Shown: positions 46,671 through 55,201 of the stretch, one piece after another
How the letters are laid out: each line of letters begins with the position of its first letter
Position numbering within the stretch: position 1 is the first letter of the stretch
IMG/VR virus record: IMGVR_UViG_3300022200_000056
Coordinates: 1 to 55,201 of that record
Direction: 5' to 3' (one strand)
From: a virus
Lineage: Duplodnaviria; Caudoviricetes
DNA length: 55,201 nucleotides
The notes under the pieces: model-generated
Databases searched by the model: none
The model's input: the letters and a program-made list of their open reading frames with translations, nothing else
Told to the model about the DNA's origin: nothing
Program-made: the position numbers and the translations under genes

Positions 46671-47101
46671 CCATATCTAGATCAAATATGTCAAAGCAAT
46701 TAACAGGAAATAAAAAAGCCCCGAAAGGCTATCATTATATGCCAGACGGAAAACTTATGAAAAATAGTGCTCACAAGAAAGGTGCAAACATGAAAAAGAA
46801 ACCAGTTGTTAAAGCCAATGTTGGCAAGATGCTAGAAACATTTAGCCCTGCTTATAGCATTATGAAAGGCAAGGGGCCTGTTGCTGACTTTGCATCAACG
46901 CTGACAGACGCAGGTGTAGGCGGAATTGCTGGCGCTATCGTAAATGAAAAGCGTAAGAAAATGGGCGCTACACCAGAAACTGGAATGGAAGCCAACAAGA
47001 TGCAAGGTGCTACGCCATTGGCTGGTGGTGGGTATGTAAAGCGCTCAAAGCCTATTGATGGCGCCGCTGTCAAAGGCAAAACAAAAGGCCGCATGTGCTA
47101 G
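46667..47101 (+). CDS. Basic low-complexity protein
   Basis: APKGYHYMPDGKLMK; C-terminal DGAAVKGKTKGRMC. Confidence 0.6.
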   Translation: MTISRSNMSKQLTGNKKAPKGYHYMPDGKLMKNSAHKKGANMKKKPVVKANVGKMLETFSPAYSIMKGKGPVADFASTLTDAGVGGIAGAIVNEKRKKMGATPETGMEANKMQGATPLAGGGYVKRSKPIDGAAVKGKTKGRMC

Positions 47102-47111
47102 GAGATGTATT

Positions 47112-47477
47112 ATGAGAGCCGCAAAGATGAGGTGTGCCGCTAAGAAGCCAGTAGCATTAAAAGGTGGCGGCTCCACAAAACGCAACCCAATGGCAAAGAC
47201 ACTGCAACAAAAGCAGTTCGGGCCAAAATTAGTAACGCCCAAGAAGGGCAAAGGATCTTACACAAGAAAGGGCAAGCCCCTTTCTTTCTCGTCTGGGGGT
47301 AAAACAAAATCTCGTGTCAATGAGTCTGGTAATTATACGAAGCCTTCTCTTCGAAAGCAATTATTTGAGAAGATCAAGTCCGGCGGCAAAGGAGGAAAGC
47401 CCGGACAGTGGTCTGCTCGCAAGGCGCAGATGCTTGCTAAAGAATACAAATCAGCAGGCGGAGGTTATAAAAACTAA
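47112..47477 (+). CDS. Basic protein with ArfA-like motif
   Basis: GGAG RBS; RNPMAKTL..F..K....KKGKGSYTRKGK, then GQWSARKAQMLAKEYK. Confidence 0.6.
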   Translation: MRAAKMRCAAKKPVALKGGGSTKRNPMAKTLQQKQFGPKLVTPKKGKGSYTRKGKPLSFSSGGKTKSRVNESGNYTKPSLRKQLFEKIKSGGKGGKPGQWSARKAQMLAKEYKSAGGGYKN

Positions 47478-47483
47478 GCGCTA

Positions 47484-47711
47484 ATGATACATGTATTTTT
47501 ATTAATGGTTTACATCGGAGTGGGAGATGAAAGAAGACTAATAAGTAATGACATGTATTTTGCTGATATAGTTAGATGTAACTTTTTTGCGAAAGAAGTT
47601 TCTAGGAGGTACGGGAACTATCAAGACATTCAAAGTATGGACGCTAGGGATAAAGTGACGGCGTATTGCGTTCCAAAGTTAATTAAAAAGGGGAGCGTAA
47701 TGGTGTATTAA
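47484..47711 (+). CDS. Hypothetical protein
   Basis: Hydrophobic start; YF....C..FA..YCVP. Confidence 0.6.
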   Translation: MIHVFLLMVYIGVGDERRLISNDMYFADIVRCNFFAKEVSRRYGNYQDIQSMDARDKVTAYCVPKLIKKGSVMVY

Positions 47712-48160
47712 TGGACCCAATCAGCGCAATTAGTATAGCAAGCACAGCTTACTCTGCCATAGTCAAAGGCTTTCAAGTGGGCCGCGATGTGGAATCTATG
47801 GCGGGAGATTTGGGAAGGTGGATGGGCGCCATACAAGATGTAAAAAATAGCCATGAAAAAGCAAGGGGCAGGAAGTTTGGGAGTATAGAAGAGGAAGCGC
47901 TTGAGACATTTGCCGCTAAGAAAAAAGCGGAAAGAATGGAAGAAGAGTTAAGAAATTTTATAAAAATGAATTATGGTCATAATGCTTGGGACCAAGTAAT
48001 AAGGATACAAGGTGAGATAAGAAAAGCAAGGCAGGAAGAGCAAGAGCGGCGCAAAAAGGAGTTTGAAGAACTTATAACAATTACAGCCATCATCTTGGGA
48101 TTACTCATATTTGCTGTTATAATAACTGTGTTAATTTGGAAATTTAAATATGCCGCTTAA
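47711..48160 (+). CDS. Membrane-anchored coiled-coil protein
   Basis: MDPISA start; C-terminal TM helix. Confidence 0.65.
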   Translation: MDPISAISIASTAYSAIVKGFQVGRDVESMAGDLGRWMGAIQDVKNSHEKARGRKFGSIEEEALETFAAKKKAERMEEELRNFIKMNYGHNAWDQVIRIQGEIRKARQEEQERRKKEFEELITITAIILGLLIFAVIITVLIWKFKYAA

Positions 48161-48407
48161 GAAACCTCAAAAGAGTCTGAAGGCTTGGACAAAACAAAAG
48201 TGGAGAACTAAGAGCGGTAAGCCATCGACTCAAGGTTCAAAGGCTACTGGTGAGCGCTACCTGCCTGAGAAGGCAATCAAGGCTTTATCTTCTAAAGAGT
48301 ACGCGGCCACAACAAAAGCAAAGCGCAAGGGGACAAAGGCTGGCAAGCAGTTTGTTGCACAACCTAAGAAGGTAAAGGCAAAAGTTAAAAAGTATAGGAA
48401 GGTTTGA
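48150..48407 (+). CDS. Basic protein (DUF5872-like)
   Basis: QKSLKAWTKQKWRTKSGK..GERYLPEKA..GKQFVAQP. Confidence 0.65.
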   Translation: MPLKKPQKSLKAWTKQKWRTKSGKPSTQGSKATGERYLPEKAIKALSSKEYAATTKAKRKGTKAGKQFVAQPKKVKAKVKKYRKV

Positions 48408-48409
48408 TA

Positions 48410-49087
48410 ATGGCTGTTGTTACACCAGATCTACCAGAAATTTTTGAAGAAGCATTTGAGCGGGCTGGCTTGGACATGAAAACTGGGTACGACCTAAGGA
48501 CAGCGCGGCGTAGTTTGAACCTGCTAACATTGGAGTGGCAAAACCGTGGACTTAATCTCTGGACTATTGATGCTGGCACACAGGCTCTTACAGCGGGCAC
48601 AGCAACTTATACAATGCCTACAGACACTATTGACCTCATTGAACACCAGATTCGTACAGGCAGTGGAACAAGCCAACTTGATACTAACGCACAGCGTATC
48701 AGCGTTTCTACATACGCTCAAAACGGCTCTAAGAATGTACAAGGAAAGCCTTCACAAATTTATGTTGACCGTCAAGCAACAAATGTTTCGGTTACTCTCT
48801 GGCCTGTACCGGACAGCAATGACTACACTCTCGCGTATTATAGACTTCGTGGGATCTCTGGGGTCTCGTCTGGGATAGGCACAACAGCAGATGTTCCGCC
48901 AAGATTTGTCCCCTGTCTGGTTTCGGGGTTGGCGTATTACATAGCCATGAAGAAGCCAGAAGTTGCGGGCCGTGTAGGGCCGCTTAAGCAAGAGTATGAG
49001 TTTCAGTTTGAGTTAGCCGCTAATGAAGACCAAGACTCGTCATCTATTAAGTTCGTGCCTTACGATACATTCTACTTAGGAGCATAA
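48410..49087 (+). CDS. Head-to-tail adaptor protein
   Basis: [37 protein letters not shown]. Confidence 0.75.
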   Translation: MAVVTPDLPEIFEEAFERAGLDMKTGYDLRTARRSLNLLTLEWQNRGLNLWTIDAGTQALTAGTATYTMPTDTIDLIEHQIRTGSGTSQLDTNAQRISVSTYAQNGSKNVQGKPSQIYVDRQATNVSVTLWPVPDSNDYTLAYYRLRGISGVSSGIGTTADVPPRFVPCLVSGLAYYIAMKKPEVAGRVGPLKQEYEFQFELAANEDQDSSSIKFVPYDTFYLGA

Positions 49088-49088
49088 C

Positions 49089-50063
49089 ATGGCATCATCA
49101 GTAAAAGTTAAATCCGGGGATACACTGTCTCAGATTGCAAAATCAAAAGGTGTCACCCTTCAAGCATTGCTTGCGGCGAACCCTGACATTAAGAACGCAA
49201 ATATGATTCGAGTTGGCCAAACTATTAAAATGCCAAAGGCTAATAGCGTACCGGGCAACACTAAGGGCAGTCCATACGGTCGCATGTCTCAAACCCAGAT
49301 GAACATGCTCAAGGGGACCAAAGATCAACAAAGGGCGGTAACATCTGCTCTTCGTAGCGAAGTATCTCGTTCAGGCGCGCAGACTACGCCTACACCTAAA
49401 AAGGAAAAAGAAATTCTTAATGCACCTTTTAATAAGTTACGTGAACGTGTACTAAAAAATAAACCTACAAAGAAACCATCTTCAAACTCTGGTAGCATGA
49501 GTGGGTTGCGGGATGATGATGTGGCGGCGAAGAAGGGCGGCATTATGAGGGGCGATCACAGCGGTAAAGAGCTTAAAGCAAAACAAAATAGAACTAAAAC
49601 TTTGCTTGGGTCAATAGATGAAGTAATGAACCCGGGCGGTAGAGAAAATCAAAAAAAGCGATTTGGCGGTGCTAGAAATGTACCTGCTTTAAGTGAGATT
49701 GCGCAAGGCACATACAATTACGCAAAGAAAAAACTTGCGAATCCCTCTAAGAAAGTTTCAGGTAGCATGAGTGGGCTTAAGGAAGGTGATGTGGCGGCAA
49801 AAAAAGGCGGTTACATGAAAAAGTATAAGTCAGGCGGAAAGACTTCATCAGAAGAAAACCGTTTGACTAAGTTGGGCCGCGCTAAGAAACCTCGGAGCCA
49901 ACAGGGTAACAGCATGGCTAATGATGTTACCACCAGCCTCGGTCGCACACGCGCTGACATGGAGGCTGTAGCTCGCGGTGGCGTAAAAGCAAAAAACAAG
50001 GGCGGCATTATGCGTGGCGCTGGCGCCGCTACACGCGGTAAGAAGTTTGGACGGTGTAGTTAA
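49089..50063 (+). CDS. LysM-domain basic protein with internal repeats
   Basis: [34 protein letters not shown]; [14 protein letters not shown] twice. Confidence 0.75.
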   Translation: MASSVKVKSGDTLSQIAKSKGVTLQALLAANPDIKNANMIRVGQTIKMPKANSVPGNTKGSPYGRMSQTQMNMLKGTKDQQRAVTSALRSEVSRSGAQTTPTPKKEKEILNAPFNKLRERVLKNKPTKKPSSNSGSMSGLRDDDVAAKKGGIMRGDHSGKELKAKQNRTKTLLGSIDEVMNPGGRENQKKRFGGARNVPALSEIAQGTYNYAKKKLANPSKKVSGSMSGLKEGDVAAKKGGYMKKYKSGGKTSSEENRLTKLGRAKKPRSQQGNSMANDVTTSLGRTRADMEAVARGGVKAKNKGGIMRGAGAATRGKKFGRCS

Positions 50064-50066
50064 TAA

Positions 50067-50585
50067 ATGGCTAATGCTAGGGGAAAATATGCCTACGGCA
50101 TCTGCGATAGGACAGGGTTTAGATACAAACTAAACGAACTTGTTTACGAGGTTGTCAATGGCGTTAAGACTGGTCTAAGGGTTGGGCGCGATGTGTTTGA
50201 CCCAGACCAACCCCAGAACTTTGTAGGGCGAGTTAGGACTAACGATCCTCAGTCATTGAGCAATCCTAGGCCAGACAGAACTGAGCCAGCCACAGCAAAC
50301 CAATTAGGCAACAACCCATTTAAGACCGGGACCCCCGGTGCAACAACAGACATTACGGTAACGGAAACAAATCATGGCAGGGATAGCGGGGACACTGTTA
50401 GGTTTAGAAACGTGGATGCGTTTGCTGGTATCTCGAAAAGTGCGATAGAACTTTCTTCTGGGTATGAGATTACAAAGGTAGATGCAAACACATATACTGT
50501 AACTGTATCTGCCACAGCAAGTGGCGCTGATATATATGGCGGTGGGACACTGGCAAGCGCTGGGCCTGTAACATTTAGCGCATAG
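50067..50585 (+). CDS. Structural protein
   Basis: ICDRTGFRY..PRPD followed by a small beta-domain. Confidence 0.65.
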   Translation: MANARGKYAYGICDRTGFRYKLNELVYEVVNGVKTGLRVGRDVFDPDQPQNFVGRVRTNDPQSLSNPRPDRTEPATANQLGNNPFKTGTPGATTDITVTETNHGRDSGDTVRFRNVDAFAGISKSAIELSSGYEITKVDANTYTVTVSATASGADIYGGGTLASAGPVTFSA

Positions 50586-50593
50586 AGGTAAAG

Positions 50594-51271
50594 ATGTCTT
50601 TTACATATGGCGAACTTAAAACGGCTATACAAGATTTCACAGAAAATGATGAGACATCCTTTGTTTCAAACATACCAGTGTTTATCCGTGCGGCTGAAGA
50701 GCGTATTTTAAAAAGTGTAGACCTAGAAAACTTTAGAAAAAATGCTACGTCTAATCTTACTTCAGGTGACGAGTATCTTTCTTTGCCTTCAGATTTTATG
50801 GCTCCGTTTTCTTTGTTTATTTCTCAAAGCGGTTCTGAGGCTTTCCTTTTGGAAAAAGATGTAAACTTTATGAGAGAGGCATACCCAGACAGAACATCAA
50901 CTGGGACGCCAAAGTATTACGCAATATTTGATACATCAGCAACAGCGGTAGGCGGCAATGTGGCGGGTAACTTTATCCTTGGTCCAACGCCCGATTCTAA
51001 CTACGCAGTAGAACTGCATTACTTTTATAGACCAGCCAGCCTTACTGCTGGCGCTGATACAGAATATACATGGCTCAGTACCAACGCGCCTAACGCCCTG
51101 CTTTATGCTTCACTAGTAGAAGGTTATATCTACATGAAGGGTGAGCAAGACATTATTGCCATGTATGAGGGACGCCTCAGCGAAAGCATGAGTCGCCTTA
51201 AAGACTTGGCAGAGGCGCGCGAAAATGATGACGCTTACAGAGAAGGTCTACCTCGTAGACCTCGCACATAA
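50594..51271 (+). CDS. Head-tail connector / tail tubular protein A-like
   Basis: TYGELKTAIQDF..FIRAAEERI..GTPKYY..GPTPD..LLYASLVE. Confidence 0.75.
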   Translation: MSFTYGELKTAIQDFTENDETSFVSNIPVFIRAAEERILKSVDLENFRKNATSNLTSGDEYLSLPSDFMAPFSLFISQSGSEAFLLEKDVNFMREAYPDRTSTGTPKYYAIFDTSATAVGGNVAGNFILGPTPDSNYAVELHYFYRPASLTAGADTEYTWLSTNAPNALLYASLVEGYIYMKGEQDIIAMYEGRLSESMSRLKDLAEARENDDAYREGLPRRPRT

Positions 51272-51281
51272 GGAGTAAACT

Positions 51282-51725
51282 ATGGCAACAAGTAACGCCG
51301 CAACCACATATCTTGAACACGCTGTTCTAGATTTTATTTTCAAGAACAACTCGGAAAGTTTTACCACTCCGGGCAACAGCATTTACATTGGATTGGCTAC
51401 GGCTGTTTCTAATCCAGAAGCTGGCACAGTTACCGAGGTAAACACAACTACAGAAGATGCTAACTATGCTCGTCAGCAGGTGACGGCAGCTAACTGGACA
51501 CTGGCTTCTGTCGCAACAGATGCTCAGACAGTAACCAATGCGGCAAACATTGAGTACAGTGCATCGAGCGGTATTTCTTCATATACTGTGACGCATGTGT
51601 TTATTGCAGATGCTTCCACAAGCGGCAACATCTTGTTTATCGGTGCACTTGACGCCAACAAGACCATTGCTTCTGGTGACATCTTCCGCATCAATGCTGG
51701 TAACCTAACCGTTGAGTTGAAGTAA
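51282..51725 (+). CDS. Tail structural protein
   Basis: YLEHAVLD..YARQ..IADASTSGNILF..GDIFRINAG. Confidence 0.7.
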   Translation: MATSNAATTYLEHAVLDFIFKNNSESFTTPGNSIYIGLATAVSNPEAGTVTEVNTTTEDANYARQQVTAANWTLASVATDAQTVTNAANIEYSASSGISSYTVTHVFIADASTSGNILFIGALDANKTIASGDIFRINAGNLTVELK

Positions 51726-51726
51726 C

Positions 51727-52110
51727 ATGGCGCTAGTTCTCGCTGACCGAGTTAAGGAGACGACAACCACCACTGGCACTGGCACTTATACGCTTGCTGG
51801 TGCGGTAAATGGTTTTGAGTCTTTTAACAGCGTTGGCGATGGCAACACAACATTTTACTGTTGTTCAGATGGCACCGACTTTGAGGTTGGTATAGGTACA
51901 TACACTGCATCTGGTACGACCTTGGCCCGTACTACGATTTTGCAGTCAAGCAACTCTGACGCGGCGGTGAACTGGGGGGCTGGCACCCGTACGGTATTCT
52001 GTACGCTTCCAGCCGAAAAGATAGTGCATGACGATAACTTACAGTCTGAGGGTCTTGTTTACTTTGACCCAGCAGGTGAAGCCGTAGCACTGGCGATAGC
52101 ATTAGGATAG
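51727..52110 (+). CDS. Tail structural protein
   Basis: MALVLADRVKETTTTTGTG..EVGIGTY..VFCTLPA. Confidence 0.7.
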   Translation: MALVLADRVKETTTTTGTGTYTLAGAVNGFESFNSVGDGNTTFYCCSDGTDFEVGIGTYTASGTTLARTTILQSSNSDAAVNWGAGTRTVFCTLPAEKIVHDDNLQSEGLVYFDPAGEAVALAIALG

Positions 52111-52114
52111 AGAA

Positions 52115-52459
52115 ATGGCAAATGCATTCAAATCAGAAACGGATACAGCAATCGGCACATCTCCTGCCACTGTCTATACTTGTCCATCTTCTACTCAGGT
52201 AACAATTATTGGCTTGACTGTTGCTAACATTGTCACGAGTCAAATAGAGGTTGATGTACAGTTGGATGCAAGCACTCGCACTAGTGGCGCGGAAGACAGC
52301 GTGTATGTCATTAAGGATGCCCCTGTTCCAGTAGGGTCTTCTTTAGTTGTCATTGGTGGAGAACAGAAGGTTGTAATGGAGCCGGGGGATACCTTAAAGG
52401 TTACCTCTAACACAGCTTCATCAGCAGACGTGGTGGTGTCTTTACTGGAGATCAGCTAA
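52115..52459 (+). CDS. Tail structural protein
   Basis: MANAFK..YTCP..KVVMEPGDTLKV..SLLEIS. Confidence 0.7.
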   Translation: MANAFKSETDTAIGTSPATVYTCPSSTQVTIIGLTVANIVTSQIEVDVQLDASTRTSGAEDSVYVIKDAPVPVGSSLVVIGGEQKVVMEPGDTLKVTSNTASSADVVVSLLEIS

Positions 52460-54726
52460 TGGGTTACCTTGGTGCAGGTGTTACACGCTTTAACACGGCA
52501 GATGGACTGACCGTAACAGGTGATGCTGATATCACAGGCGCTATCACGACTGATGGCCTGACCACTACTGCCAATGTTAACTTCGGCGACAACGACAAGG
52601 CTATCTTCGGTGCTGGCTCTGACCTTCAGATTTATCATGATGTAAGTCATAGTTACATCGTTGATAACGGCACTGGAAACTTGCGAATAAAGGCGCAAAA
52701 CTTTCAGGTTTTGGGCAATGCAGACAGCGAAGCGCAGATTGAAGCGTATCAAAACGATGGCGTTTATTTGTATTTTGACGGCAATCAGAAACTCGCCACC
52801 ACCTCTGGCGGCATTGATGTCACTGGCACTGTGACGGCTGATGGGCTGACGGTTGGTGACGGTCATCAGATTGGCGATGAAACTACTTACGACAATCTTG
52901 TTATTAAAAGTAGCACTGATGAGAATATGGTTTTGTCTGCTGGTGGTACAGGGCAGTTTATTTACAAAACTGGTTCAACCACACTGGACAACGGCAGTGA
53001 GAAGATGCGCCTCACTAATGATGGAAAATTAGGGCTGGGGACGAGTAGTATTAGCGGAAACGATGGAACACTTATTGTTGAGGGAAGTGATGGCAAGCAT
53101 CCAATAATAAAAGGAAATGATGGCAGCGGAAATGGATTTACGCTTCTTGCTGACAATTACCTATCAACCGAAAGTCAGCTTAATTTGGGGTTGAGTCACT
53201 CTGGCTCCAACGTAGTCCTTTCAAGAAATTGCAAAGTTAGTGATGTGGCTGATGACACTTATTTATCGTCACAAGACGTTTATACAACAAAACCAGCCGC
53301 TTTTACTTTAGACGAAGATGGTTCATTCCGATTTTACAATACAAATACTAGTGCAACTCGCTCTGTAGATAGCACTGTTACTTTAGATGAACGTATGCGT
53401 ATCGACAGTTCTGGCAACGTGGGCATTGGTACGAGTTCGCCGCAAGCAAGGGCTGAAATATCTGGTGGGCTGGATAACCGTTTAAGAATTAATTCAACAG
53501 ACGGCACAACATCAAATAACTACGGTATTGACTTTTCAACTGCTGGGACTGTTCGTGCAGGTATAAGATATAATGCAGGAAACAACTATCTAGCTTTTTA
53601 TGGTTATGACAACACAGAACGTATGCGCATCGATAGCAGTGGCAACGTGGGCATTGGGACGAACAGCGCGACCGCTAAATTGGATATGTCAGATGTCTCA
53701 CGCTATACTTTTAATGTTGGTAATGCCTATACGCTTCAGACATCTGTAAATGCCGCAGTGTCAGCCTTTGTTGACGATTATAAAAACGCTGCACAACATA
53801 TTTGGCAAACCAGCGGCACAGAACGTATGCGTATCGACAGTTCTGGCAACGTGGGCATTGGGACGAGTTTGCCAGATACGTCACCATCGACCAAACTACA
53901 TATCCGTGAAGATGATGCTGTTGATTACAAGGCAAGGGCTGTTGTTCAAGCTACAGACCAGCGTCTAGTTGCTGGCTCACATTGGCAGTCTGGGGTTACG
54001 GCTTATTCATATCTTCAAGCAACCAACGATGCTGAAACTATACCAAACAATCTTTTGTTAAACCCAGATGGCGGCAACGTGGGCATTGGAACGGATTCGC
54101 CAGCGGCTAAACTTGAGGTTTTGGGTTCAGACGATGCTAATAATTTAATCGTTGGTCATAACGATACTGATTTTGCCGTTTATACAGATAGCACAGTCGG
54201 TGAAGTTAGGTTAAAAGCTGAAGATGGAAGCGGCAGTAACTTTTCTAAGTTTATGTCATTTTACACACAGCCCTCTGGTTCTTCCGCCGCAGAACGTATG
54301 CGTATCACACCAGACGGCAAAGTGGGCATTGGAACGAGTTCGCCTAGCACTGCCCTAGATGTTAACGGTACAGTAACAGCCACAGCATTTGTTGGTGATG
54401 GCTCTGGGCTGACTGGGGTATCTTCTGGTGCAACATTACACGCTTGGGCAAACTTTAACCAAATTGGCACACAAACAATAAATGACAGCGTAGGCATATC
54501 CAGCCTTACAGATAATGGTGGTGGAACAACCACGCTAAATTTCTCAAGTGCTATGGCTAACACAACTTTTACAGCAACATCAGGACATATGAATGGTGGC
54601 ACAAAATTCCAATACCACGACTCAGATTCCGCATCCAATGTTAAAGTAGTTAATAGAGATGTTGATGGTGGTGGCGGTGAAGACGGAGATGAAATAGCCA
54701 CTCAAGTGGCAGGGGATGCGGCATAA
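52459..54726 (+). CDS. Tail fibre protein with ERMRIDSSGNVGIGT repeats
   Basis: FGDNDKAIFGAGSDLQIYHD and several RMRI..G.VGIGT units. Confidence 0.85.
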   Translation: MGYLGAGVTRFNTADGLTVTGDADITGAITTDGLTTTANVNFGDNDKAIFGAGSDLQIYHDVSHSYIVDNGTGNLRIKAQNFQVLGNADSEAQIEAYQNDGVYLYFDGNQKLATTSGGIDVTGTVTADGLTVGDGHQIGDETTYDNLVIKSSTDENMVLSAGGTGQFIYKTGSTTLDNGSEKMRLTNDGKLGLGTSSISGNDGTLIVEGSDGKHPIIKGNDGSGNGFTLLADNYLSTESQLNLGLSHSGSNVVLSRNCKVSDVADDTYLSSQDVYTTKPAAFTLDEDGSFRFYNTNTSATRSVDSTVTLDERMRIDSSGNVGIGTSSPQARAEISGGLDNRLRINSTDGTTSNNYGIDFSTAGTVRAGIRYNAGNNYLAFYGYDNTERMRIDSSGNVGIGTNSATAKLDMSDVSRYTFNVGNAYTLQTSVNAAVSAFVDDYKNAAQHIWQTSGTERMRIDSSGNVGIGTSLPDTSPSTKLHIREDDAVDYKARAVVQATDQRLVAGSHWQSGVTAYSYLQATNDAETIPNNLLLNPDGGNVGIGTDSPAAKLEVLGSDDANNLIVGHNDTDFAVYTDSTVGEVRLKAEDGSGSNFSKFMSFYTQPSGSSAAERMRITPDGKVGIGTSSPSTALDVNGTVTATAFVGDGSGLTGVSSGATLHAWANFNQIGTQTINDSVGISSLTDNGGGTTTLNFSSAMANTTFTATSGHMNGGTKFQYHDSDSASNVKVVNRDVDGGGGEDGDEIATQVAGDAA
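53389..53861 (+). repeat. 41-bp direct repeats within the tail fibre gene
   Basis: Identical copies at 53389-53429 and 53821-53861; diverged copies at 53617 and 54292. Confidence 0.85.
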
Positions 54727-55148
54727 TGCGTTTGATTGAAAGATTAACAAAAGCAAAGCAAACTCTGACGCCATTTCAAACAGAATACGCTGTCGTTTAT
54801 GAGGATGTTGATATGGAAACCTGCTTTATTATGCACCCTGACCCAAATGCTATGGCGGCTTTAATGGCTGGCGGTATATTCCCACCAGTGTGGGTGCATT
54901 GGGAACTAGCAAAGGATGAGGCAAAACCAGACTTCAAAAAACATACTCGTGGTTACTTGCTTCACGACACACCAAGAGAGCCAGCTAAAACCGAACAGGA
55001 AGCAATATTGTATTTAATAATGAAGGATTTGCCACAACATATCTGGCGTAATTGGAATAGCGGCAATAAACCAAAGATGGCTATTTGCAAGCGTGAGCAG
55101 TTACCAGTAGATAGAACATTTAGAAACACTTGGAGACTAGCGGCATGA
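54726..55148 (+). CDS. Tail fibre-associated hypothetical protein
   Basis: Coupled to fibre gene; IMKDLP..LPVDRTFRNTW. Confidence 0.7.
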   Translation: MRLIERLTKAKQTLTPFQTEYAVVYEDVDMETCFIMHPDPNAMAALMAGGIFPPVWVHWELAKDEAKPDFKKHTRGYLLHDTPREPAKTEQEAILYLIMKDLPQHIWRNWNSGNKPKMAICKREQLPVDRTFRNTWRLAA

Positions 55149-55201
55149 CCGATGTATTCATTATTGATAAAGATGGCAACGAAGCTAATGCGGCTGATGT
55201 C
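55145..55201 (+). CDS. Hypothetical protein (3' truncated)
   Basis: ATGA overlap start, MTDVFIIDKDGNEANAADV; runs off the window. Confidence 0.5.
   Translation, partial: MTDVFIIDKDGNEANAADV

Noticed and set aside
53389-53861. Tail-fibre repeats as DGR template and variable repeats
   Set aside because: No reverse transcriptase in the window; copies are in-frame, short and show no adenine-specific differences
897-54701. Many antisense or alternate-frame ORFs inside long genes (e.g. 1983-2372-, 11393-11845-, 42997-43530-, 54261-54701-)
   Set aside because: Shadow ORFs of well-supported genes with no RBS or recognisable motifs
1-55201. Circularity or terminal repeat of the window
   Set aside because: The last ORF (55145 onward) does not join the first partial fibre ORF and I saw no end overlap; part of the tail module appears to be missing
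1-55201. tRNA/tmRNA genes or an alternative genetic code
   Set aside because: No cloverleaf or T-loop signature in the intergenic gaps I examined; genes are full length in the standard code and end in TAA, TAG and TGA

Overview
The window is most of the genome of a tailed dsDNA phage with podovirus-like architecture: TerS/TerL, portal, GroES, scaffold, major capsid protein, head-tail adaptors, tail fibres, holins, amidase, ejection proteins and a 3063-aa polyvalent protein. It also has a Sak/SSB/exonuclease/RusA recombination module, a T7 gp4/Twinkle-like primase-helicase, and a leftward early-type operon with a MoxR AAA+/VWA pair. Both ends lie in the tail-fibre module, so only part of that module appears to be missing. 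I found no DNA polymerase, integrase, tRNA or CRISPR array. The gene set resembles marine phages, possibly of Alphaproteobacteria (inference). The main signal is non-coding and absent from the ORF track. The leftward operon begins with a ~230-nt highly structured RNA (34783-34551) followed directly by a type III hammerhead ribozyme (34549-34500) whose stem III sequesters the RBS of the first gene. A second, type I hammerhead (33418-33354) lies just upstream of the MoxR ATPase gene. There are also three candidate RNAs with anti-Shine-Dalgarno loops, one with its own sigma70-like promoter and terminator. A 14-bp palindrome (AGTTCTATAGAACT consensus) occurs at least 11 times, and its half-site builds two AT-rich ori-like islands. 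Other items are a frameshifted ParB/DGQHR-like gene and an ArfA-like ribosome-rescue motif in a late-region protein. All family assignments come from motif recognition by eye and all folds are manual; none was confirmed by database search or computation.
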